A stretch of 64,000 nt of DNA from Eledone cirrhosa (taxonomy: Eukaryota). The notes beneath the pieces are model-generated. The model was not told where the DNA came from, made no database searches, and saw only the letters and a program-made list of their open reading frames with translations. Both the position numbers and the translations under genes were made by a program. Within the stretch, counting starts at the first letter, position 1. The number at the start of each line of letters is the position of its first letter. Location of the stretch: positions 363,878,001 through 363,942,000 of the forward strand of contig OZ024742.1 of assembly GCA_964016885.1 (NCBI GenBank), written 5' to 3'. Positions 28,501 through 36,943 of this stretch are shown here, piece by piece.

Positions 28501-29076
28501 ATTGGTTAGAATGTCAGATGGAACTATCCTTGCTGCTAAATTGGTTACAATGTCAGATGGAACTATCCTTGCTGCTAAATTGGTTAGAATGTCAGATGGA
28601 ACTATCCTTGCTGCTAAATTGGTTAGAATGTCAGATGGAACTATCCTTGCTGCTAAATTGGTTAGAATTTCAGATGGAACTATCGTTGCTGCTAAATTGG
28701 TTAGAATGTCAGATGGAACTATCGTTGCTGCTAAATTGGTTAGAATGTCAGATGGAACTATCCTTGCTGCTAAATTGGTTCCAATATAAGATGGAACTAT
28801 CCTTGCTGCTAAATTGGTTAGAATGTCAGATGGAACTATCCTTGCTGCTAAGTTGGTTAGAATGTCAGATGGAACTATCCTTGCTGCTAAGTTGGTTAGA
28901 ATGTCAAATGGAACTATCCTTGCTGCTAAGTCGGTTAGAATGTCAGATGGAACTATCCTTGCTGCTAAATTGGTTACAATGTCAAATGGAACTATCCTTG
29001 CTGCTAAGTTGGTTACAATGTCAGATGGAACTATCCTAGCTGCTAAGTTGGTTCCAATGTCAGATGGAACTATCAT
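1..29076 (-). other. Stop-free minus-strand reading frame (ATG at 29076, 9,692 codons to the window edge) of repeat (L/V/G)TNLA(P/A)RIVPSDI; coding status unproven
   Basis: The reverse complement of the unit reads cta acc aac tta gca cca agg ata gtt cca tct gac att. I saw no in-frame stop among the variants. The ORF track lists no minus-strand ORF here, as expected if the frame runs off the edge without a stop. Confidence refers to it being a real CDS. Confidence 0.2.
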
Positions 29077-29138
29077 AGCTGCTACGTTGGTTAGAATGTC
29101 AGATGGAACTATCCTAGCTGCTAAATTATTCCAGTGTC

Positions 29139-30223
29139 CAAGCCCGTCCCGCTCGGTCTTCGCTTGACCCAGGACTGCAGCTCCGTCAAGGAGACGAGCT
29201 GGGGAAAGACGTGTCTTGCAAACGGCGACCACACCTGATCATCGTCGATGAAGAGGTGGAGATGTCGCAGCCTGAGCGCGTGTCTGCGCATCATCAGCCA
29301 CGGCATGCCCAGCCCTCCACGTAATGGGTGTTGACAGCTGATGCACCGCTTGACCATCGGAGCGCGTCCCTTCCTTAAAAAGCGAAATAGCAAATGCTCC
29401 AGCTCAGTCAGGCGGGGCTTAGGACAAGGTTCGACTGTCAGGCGGTAGTAGATGACGGACGCGATGTTCACGTTAGCCACCACCGCTCAACCTTTCAGGG
29501 ATAGCTTCCTCTCCACCTATTTCTGGGTGACAGAAGCCACCCTGCTCGTCACCTCGCCCCAGTTTTTGTCCGTCGGGAGGTCCGGACCGAACCAGACCCC
29601 TAGCAATTTAACCGGTCCGTCCGTCCAGCGCCGACCACGCTGTTGGACGGCTTGGACCTGCCTCTCCAGGTGCCGAGCTGCAGGCCTACTGACTTTTCCT
29701 GGTTGATCATTGCTCCTGTCACCGCTTCGTATTCTCTTAGTGTAGTGCCGATCGCCTCGATGTGTTTGGCGTTCGACACCACTACGGTGACCTCGTGCGC
29801 ATATCTGACACGGATATTCCGCATCCTAGTTCGCGCGGTAACCCCTCAACGTCTCGAGTTTGTGTAGTAATGGCTCGAGAGTCAATACGTACAAGATGGA
29901 CGAAAGGGGACATCCTTGGCGGACCGAGCGCATGATGTTGAACGGTTCCGAAAGGTGACCGTTCACTCTCACCACAGAGCAGATGTCGCTGTGCATGGCA
30001 GCGATCCAGCCTCTGAAGACGGGCCCAAAGCCAGCCGCCCTCAGGACTGCCGCTAGGTAACTATGGTGGACCCTATCGAAAGCTTTCGACTGATCTAAAT
30101 TGATTTAAGGACCCACTCGTGTTCATAGGGCAGACCATCCAAACCAGGCGATTTACCCCTTGTGCAGCCAGACATTTCCTCCCGTAATCAGCGGCTGTTA
30201 TCGGCTTTTATACAACACTCCGC
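29139..30223 (-). pseudogene. LINE ORF2 reverse transcriptase region, disrupted
   Basis: Manual translation gives KSPGLDGLPYE, INLDQSKAFDRV, SVRQGCPLS, YAHEVTV (in place of YADD), GAMINQEKS, KLLGVWFG and GGLGMP. There are several stops and frameshifts and an internal deletion near 30110-30122. Confidence 0.92.
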
Positions 30224-31524
30224 CTAAGTGGCCGAGAGCTGCGGCAGTCCGTCGAGATAGACACTAAAATCCATCCCTCGAACTTGCTCGCCGCTGCCCC
30301 CGAGCAGCTGTGCGAAGTGGCGCTGAAAAGCTTCACACATTTGCCCGGGATCGAGAAGCATGCGCCCGTCGTGGTCCACCAAAGACCGGATCGTGTCTTT
30401 GTTGCCACGACGCGCCTCCGCCACTCGGGCCGATTGAACGGCTTTCGTCCCCTCGTCTCTGAGAGCACGCACCCTAGCTCTGACAACGCAGCCTTCGTGC
30501 TTTGCATTGAAGAATTGGTCAAGGGCCAATTTCGCCGCAAGTACGTCGGTCGCAATGTCTTTGCTATGCGCCTCGTCTAATTTTCTAACTAGTTCTCCCT
30601 CTGCTCTATTTTTCTCTATTGCTAAAGCCTTACTAAACCTAATGGACTCTATTCTAATTACTCTTTTCAGAGCAAACGACCACTTGTTGTTGACGATGAC
30701 CCCCGTCAACGCCCGCTTAACTAGTTCGCTAATCCGGTCTCTGTAGGCTTTGAGCGCTAGTAAGGACGCGTTTAGCTTCCAGTACCCGGGTCCTCGTCTA
30801 TGAAGCCTATCTAAGTCAAGCACACAGATCACGAATTTGTGGTCTGTGTAGCTGACTATCTTGAATTGTGGACAGCCTACGCTAGACCTATCTATTTCCC
30901 TACAAAATACTCTATCTAGATATGATCTGGATGACCCTATGCGATTTGTCCAAGTCCACATTGGCACATTCGGGAAATCCAATCGGTACCTGTCAGACAG
31001 TTCAAAACGCCTGAGCAGGTTGGTGAGGTTCTTGTACACTCCTCCCCTATCCGCTAATCCCACACAGTCCCAGTGTACATCTAAAATCCCGTTCCAGTCG
31101 CCCACTAACACTAAAGAGCGGGACGTTCCAAGAAAGGTCTCTAGACGCCGGAAGAAATCATGCCGCCCTGCTCCTGTCGGGGCATAGACGGCCACTAGCC
31201 TGAAAGCTTGCCCGTCTCCGCTGGTCACGTCCAGCACCACCAACTTACCTTCTGGGTCCAGGAAGATGGCCCGTATGGTGAGATCCAGACCTCTCCGAAA
31301 AAGCACAGCAATTCCCCCCCCCCCCCCGATCCAGGACGGCTGGGAGATGCGTACACATCGTAGCCGCCGAAGATCGGTGCGAAGGCCCGTGCTTCGGAGA
31401 TTCTGGTCTCGCTGATGGCCACTACATCTATGTTTAGTGGTCTGAGGTCGTTGAGCAGGTGGCCCTGCTTCCATGACGACCACAAGCCACGCGCATTTAT
31501 GCTGCCTATTCTGAGTGAGGTCAT
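30224..31524 (-). pseudogene. LINE ORF2 apurinic-like endonuclease (APE) domain and linker, split by a frameshift at a C14 run (31314-31327)
   Basis: SINARGL and DVVAISET lie in ORF 31225-31524. AVYAP, LVGDWN, WTW, SYLDRVF, TDHK and GYWKLNASLL lie in ORF 30224-31558. These are typical L1/Tx1 endonuclease motifs. Confidence 0.93.
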
Positions 31525-31558
31525 GTTGAAACGGAGTGGAAAAGATGGGAAAGACCAC

Positions 31559-32552
31559 TTACCTTACTTCACGTAGAGAAAGGATGGTTTCTCCATCCTT
31601 TTCACTGCTTGTGGCCTCCTCCGGAAGGCTGTCCTTATAAATCCTCATGGAGAGTGTTTGTCGGTAGTCTCCGATGTCTTTGGGGAATTTTTGTTTTAGT
31701 GTCGTGTACGTTTTCTGTGTGATGCGAGTGATTTGTATGTGTGGAGGTGGTGTGAACTTTTGGGTTGTTGTGTAGTCTTTTTCTGTGATGCTGGTGTTGG
31801 ATGTAGTGTAATAATTGGTTGTTGTTCAAATTTAATTGTTTCTACTTTAGGCACAAGGCCAGCAATTACCCAGTGCATTGCTGGTACCTTATCTTATCGA
31901 CCCCGTAAGAATGAAAGGCAAAGTCAACATCGGCGGGATTTGAACTCAGATCGTAAAGGGACGTAATTATACTGGAAAGCATGGCGTCCGACCCTCTACC
32001 GATACTGCCAATCCACCGCCCTTGTTGTTGAAATTTAATGCTGTGTAGTGTGTATCGTTTTGGTTGTTTTGTTTTGTTTGCGTTTGTTGTGGGTTTGTTT
32101 CTGTTTCTCTTTTTGGTGACCTTTGTGGTGTTGGTGATGGTGGTGTTGGGGTTAATGATGGTGATGGTGTTGGTGTTTGTGGTGGTGGGGTTGGTGATGC
32201 TGGTGTGGATGGTGGCATATCTGTCCTAACTGTTTTGTTTGATAGTTTATTTGTTTCCTTCTGTATTTTGTTTTTGGAGGGGGAGGGAAGAGAATTTTTT
32301 CTTTTTTGGTTTCTTTTTTTCTTTTTTCCTGATACCGTTTCCCACTCCTCGTCGTCACAATCTGTCTCCAGTTGTGATAGGCCGGGGAGTGGAAAATCCT
32401 CCACAGGCGTTGGTTCTGGTTGTGGCGTGGTGCATGGTATAGGCGCTGGTGCTAGTTCTGGCGCGTTGGGTGGTGGTGGTGTTGGTTTTGCTACTGTTGC
32501 TGGGGTTGTTGCTGTTACAGTTGCTTCTGTTGTTGCTGCTACATTTGTTGCA
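31559..32552 (-). pseudogene. Probable LINE ORF1 C-terminal remnant (Pro/Thr-rich, basic), interrupted by a SINE
   Basis: P/T-rich ORF 31967-32557 contains EEWETVSGKKKKR. After the SINE, a frame ...KFPKDIGDYRQ...LSLREVR* stops at 31559, just upstream of ORF2. Assigned by position and composition, not by a diagnostic domain. Confidence 0.65.
31837..32021 (-). mobile_element. tRNA-derived SINE with Nin/Deu-like core (octopus OK/OR-like), flanked by an 18-bp TSD
   Basis: The minus strand reads GGCGGTGGATTGGCAGTATCGGTAG (A-box-like), GAGTTCAAATCCCG (B box) and TTTGCCTTTCATTCTTACGGGGTCGATAAG. The TSD is ttgttgtt(c/g)aaatttaat at 31819-31836 and 32022-32039. It is homologous to the copies at 36589-36922. 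Confidence 0.9.
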
Positions 32553-32867
32553 TCCAACCCCTGAAAACGGGCCCAAAACCGGCTGCCTCGAGGATCGCCG
32601 CCGGGTACCGATGGTCGACCCTATCGAATGCTTTGGATTGATCCAAGTTGATCAGGGCCCCACCCGTACCAGGTTCCTTAACGACCCTCTCTATGATGTA
32701 TCGCATGAGGTGGAGTTGTCTTGTATGGAAATGTCCGGAATCGCGCATGTCTGCGCCTCTCCCACCAGACCCTTGACGACAAGCGCCAACCTCGTTGCTC
32801 ACACCTTGGCCTATATCTTGAACTGTGCGTTTAGCAGGGTTATGGGCCTGAAATTATCGATAACATT
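32553..32867 (-). pseudogene. Second, diverged RT fragment of the same LINE family
   Basis: Translates NFRPITLLN...GEAQTCAIP...GALINLDQSKAFDRVDHRYPAAILEAAGFGPVFRGW with stops and a frameshift. Its 3' part is homologous to 30005-30105. Confidence 0.9.
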
Positions 32868-32916
32868 ATTAATTAATGCAATTGTGCAATGCCTGTGCGT
32901 GACGAATATTTTTAAA

Positions 32917-32956
32917 GTGAGGAAAGACTGTGCACTGTGAGGAAAGACTGTGCACT
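32917..32956. repeat. Perfect 20-bp tandem duplication (gtgaggaaagactgtgcact x2)
   Basis: Read directly. Confidence 0.9.
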
Positions 32957-32960
32957 AAGT

Positions 32961-33032
32961 CATACATACATACATACATACATACATACATACATACATA
33001 CATACATACATACATACATACATACATACATA
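32961..33032. repeat. (CATA)n microsatellite
   Basis: Read directly. Confidence 0.97.
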
Positions 33033-33380
33033 AATACTTATCGGATATATATACAATAAATCTTCGCGGCGTTTCTTTGTGATTAAATCTGTTTCACATC
33101 TATCGCAAATAGTTCAATATGTGTAATTAATATCCCGTTAAACCACAATGAGACGATGATGCTAATAATATTAATGACTTAGCAGTGGTTTTCATTAAAT
33201 CAGGAAATAGATTCGGTCTTATATATGTATATAATGATGTTGGAATGATGTAGTAGTCATGTTGATGAATTTACTTGTTGATGTCCCTGTTGAGTACTAT
33301 GTTACCGTTTATACATGTTGATATATATATATATATATACATACACTTGTATATATATACATGCACACACATATTTATGC

Positions 33381-33492
33381 GTGAAAAGAGTCAGGACACC
33401 GACGACTGAGCTCTGGCCGTTTCCACAGCTAGTATCGAGTACTCTGGTGCGTTATGGTCCACCAGGTTCTTCACCACACTTCCTTCGTTATA
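33381..33492 (-). mobile_element. Short (TA)n-associated interspersed repeat, copy A (head plus a single arm, no long hairpin)
   Basis: The reverse complement TATAACGAAGGAAGTGTGGTGAAGAACCTGGTGGACCATAACGCACCAGAGTACTCG...GAAACGGCCAGAGCTCAGTCGTCGGTGTCCTG matches copies B and C. Confidence 0.75.
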
Positions 33493-33502
33493 TATATATG
33501 TG

Positions 33503-33533
<31 letters not shown>

Positions 33534-33761
33534 ATATCTGTATGTGGTTGACAGCTGAGATAAAAAAGTAGATAATACTGGGGTAGAATTTTAATTTTCT
33601 CTTTATTAAGTCTAAATACTGAGTGTTGTTATTCTGCAGTCACCTTTCCATCACCGGATCACGAGACAATTTTAATTTTCTCTTCCCTGAGGACCCTGTA
33701 ATAAACAGATGAAACTCCAGAATAATAAGACAATATATACTTAATAAAATTCAAACATACA

Positions 33762-34068
<307 letters not shown>

Positions 34069-34597
34069 ATATATATATATAATGACTACGTATATATGTC
34101 TATGTTAGTGTTTCTATGTGCCTTTCGGTATACATGTACGTAAATGAATGAAATCTGCTGAAATCCAATTGGTTTATATATTCTAAGTAGCTTATAATTA
34201 ACCGGATTATTGTAATGTTGATAAAGTGTGTGTGTGTGGGTGGGTGGGGGAGGGGGGTCAGCCACACGAAAATAAACTGTTTATAAATACCACCCTCAAC
34301 TCTGAATCACTATAAAGAGACTTACCCGTTAGCAGATACCACCAACAGATCGTTTGAAGCAGCTATATATACGATAAAATACGACCGGGATAATGTTTCC
34401 CATACGCACATACATACACACACAAACACACACACAGGACAGAAACAGTATATAATATTAAAATTCTCGGATAAATATCCCCAGAGGAATTATATTTCGT
34501 GATCAACATGTCGTGAGGGAGTTTCGATCATATCATTACGAAGATACGCTATGTTATTTAGTTCGTATCTTTCACTCACCATTTTCAGAGAGAGAAA

Positions 34598-34731
<134 letters not shown>

Positions 34732-35114
34732 GATGAGCAGAACAAACAAACATTAAACAATCCTTTAAATAATTTAAATATCTACCTGTCCATAATGCTA
34801 TTACCGGCGGTTTCCATCCACAAAAGATTGGAAATTCGGAGAATTTCCAACGGAAAGTAAATTTCTTCAGATAGCTATTTCCATTCTATAGGACATTTGT
34901 TCCACGGTCAGTAAATATAATGCTAACTACCAGCACGTATGGACTATAGCCGTTAAAGTGACCCGTACGTGACCTGGCCACTAGAACAAGCGGGAATATT
35001 ATAGACTTGTCGATGGCTTGGCTGCTAAAAAAATAGCAGTAAGCAACAACGAATTTTTTCTCTACATAGATTGGAGAATATATAAAAATGAGGTAACAAT
35101 GAGATATTTACCTC

Positions 35115-35160
<46 letters not shown>

Positions 35161-35165
<5 letters not shown>

Positions 35166-35414
35166 TGTATGTATAGTATACTTGGCAATATGCTGTGTTT
35201 AATTAAACATATTTAGAAGACCAATCGCTATGAGTTTCAAAGTAGTGGTCTTGATACACTCTCACAAGGGTGGTCTGTCGGCCACTGTCAGTTCTTATTT
35301 GCCGAGATTAAGTAATTGACATAGTCACTACCTTAAAACTCATAGCGGACGGTCTTCTAAATGTTTTTAATTAAACATACAGTATATTGCCAAATATACT
35401 GTACATACATTCAT
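35161..35414. mobile_element. MITE-like foldback element, ~87-bp imperfect terminal inverted repeats, between (TA)n tracts
   Basis: The left arm atgaatgtatgt...aagtagtg (35161-~35247) is the reverse complement of cactacc...acatacattcat (~35326-35414), with about 10 substitutions and a 2-nt indel. Confidence 0.75.
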
Positions 35415-35443
35415 GTATACATGGCTATTTCAGAGCATCAATA

Positions 35444-35484
<41 letters not shown>

Positions 35485-35837
35485 TATTAATAATGAGTTC
35501 AAAACTCAGGCAGTCCTTTACAATGAAATAGCTCAAAGAAAGAAGTATTTCTGAGCCGTGTAATACAAGTTAATATAAATTAATATATTTGATAAACACA
35601 AATACCAACATATCTGTGTTTGTATTGTAAATGACCAAGTTAGCTAGATTGAAAAATACTAATTATAATAATACAGTTTGCTTGTCTCGATTTAAAATAA
35701 TAAATCAATAAAAACAAAGCATATTGGCAAATGGCCGTGGTGCTTGGACAAATTTAAATTTCAAAATCAAACCTGTTCCGTAGACAGGTTTAAACCTTAA
35801 CATCCAAATAAGTTTCGAAAAATGAAAAAGTGAAATA

Positions 35838-36036
35838 TATATAACAAAGGAAATGTGGTAAGGAACCAGATGGACCATAACGCACCAGAGTACTCAATAC
35901 TTAGGGCAGTAGAGTGGGAAATAGGAAAAAGTATGACCCCAACGGCACAGCTCAAGCCGTTTCGACGGCTATTTCTGGACGCAGAAATAGCCGTCGAAAC
36001 GGCTTGAGCTCTGCCGTCGGGGTCATACGTTTTCCC

Positions 36037-36037
<1 letters not shown>
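35838..36037 (+). mobile_element. (TA)n-flanked interspersed repeat, copy C, ending in a ~54-bp-stem hairpin (35924-36035)
   Basis: Same head as copy B (GGACCATAACGCACCAGAGTACTC). Arms are 35924-35977 and 35982-36035, loop GACG. Confidence 0.8.
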
Positions 36038-36081
<44 letters not shown>

Positions 36082-36588
36082 TATATATGTGTGTGTCTGT
36101 TTATGTTTGTGTGTGTGTTTGTTCATAAATTAAACGTTGGTTTTAACGTGGAATTTGCAGTCGTGTTATTAAGTGACAGCCCACGCCCTGTGCTCACTAA
36201 ACTTAATATCCGAGTTGAATGTGATAGAGTACCTGTACCACCTTTACAGGTACTCAGACATGGTTGAGTGGCGACACAACCACTTTACCCTCTCACTGCC
36301 TGGCATTTGGGACATGTATTTTAAACATAACCGCATGTTTAACCAAATCTTGTTTACTGGAATTGGTAGACGGGAACTCTGTGGAAGACTATGGGATATA
36401 AATATATGGCTTCAATACAGTCATGTTACCTGCTATATATTGCAGCTACATCTCCCTCCAATCTCATCACCTTTCTAACTCTAAAGGAAGCCAGAAAATA
36501 ATAAATTCATCGATAAACATAATCGATGAAGAGATCGCGTGTGGAGCACTTTTGGGCTGACCAGAGGCTAATCTACAGCAACGACGTA

Positions 36589-36695
36589 CCGCCGATGTTA
36601 ACTTTCCCTTTCATCCTTATGGGGTCGATAAAATAAAGTCCCAGTAATGCACCGGGGTAATTTCTGGCCTTGTGCCAAAAGTAGAAACAATTATT
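36589..36695 (+). mobile_element. 5'-truncated copy of the Nin/Deu-core SINE
   Basis: CCTTTCATCCTTATGGGGTCGATAAAATAAAGT...CTGGCCTTGTGCCAAAAGTAGAAACAATTATT matches the 3' half of the other two copies. Confidence 0.85.
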
Positions 36696-36709
36696 TTACT
36701 GAATTAAAT

Positions 36710-36922
36710 GGACGGGGAATTGGCAGTATCAGTAGAGCGTCGGACAACATGCTTAGTTGCAAACAGTTACGTTCTTTTACGTTCTGAATTCAATCCCGCT
36801 GAGGTTAGATTTGCCTTTCATCATTAAGAGGTCGATAAAATAAAGTACTATGGGGTAGAATTAACCGACTCTCCTCTTACCTTAGAATTGCTGGCCTTGT
36901 TCCTAAAGTAGAAACAATTATT
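36710..36922 (+). mobile_element. Near full-length, diverged tRNA-derived SINE (same family)
   Basis: TGGCAGTATCAGTAGAGCG head, degenerate B box GAATTCAATCCCG, core TTTGCCTTTCATCATTAAGAGGTCGATAAAATAAAGTAC, tail GGCCTTGTTCCTAAAGTAGAAACAATTATT. Confidence 0.87.
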
Positions 36923-36943
36923 TGTCAAGTGACTGAGAGCGAC

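Larger units (their letters stand above)
1..29138. repeat. 39-bp tandem repeat array (minisatellite/satellite), ~747 units, consensus AATGTCAGATGGAACTATCCTTG(G/C)TGCTAAGTTGGTT(AG/AC/CC); continues beyond left edge
   Basis: Periodicity is directly visible. Unit ATGs at 2, 22505 (2+577x39) and 29096 (2+746x39) are in the same phase. The last degenerate unit ends ...aaattattccagtgtc at 29138. Confidence 0.99.
29139..32552 (-). mobile_element. Degenerate non-LTR retrotransposon, L1/Tx1 clade (ORF1 C-terminal part + ORF2 APE-RT), truncated at both ends
   Basis: An ORF1-like low-complexity region is followed after ~35 nt by the ORF2 ATG (31524). APE and RT motifs occur in canonical order. No 3' UTR or tail is visible because the sequence runs into the 39-mer array. 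Confidence 0.92.

Noticed and set aside
1-29126. Branch-point plus acceptor-like CTAACCAACTTAG on the minus strand of the 39-mer
   Set aside because: The spacing is very short, there is no pyrimidine tract and no matching strong donor, so it is likely chance.
29139-31524. Active retrotransposon
   Set aside because: The catalytic YADD reads YAHE, and there is an internal deletion and multiple stops. The C14 frameshift alone could be a sequencing error, but the rest cannot.
29452-32940. Plus-strand ORFs over the LINE
   Set aside because: They are antisense shadows of the minus-strand LINE coding sequence.
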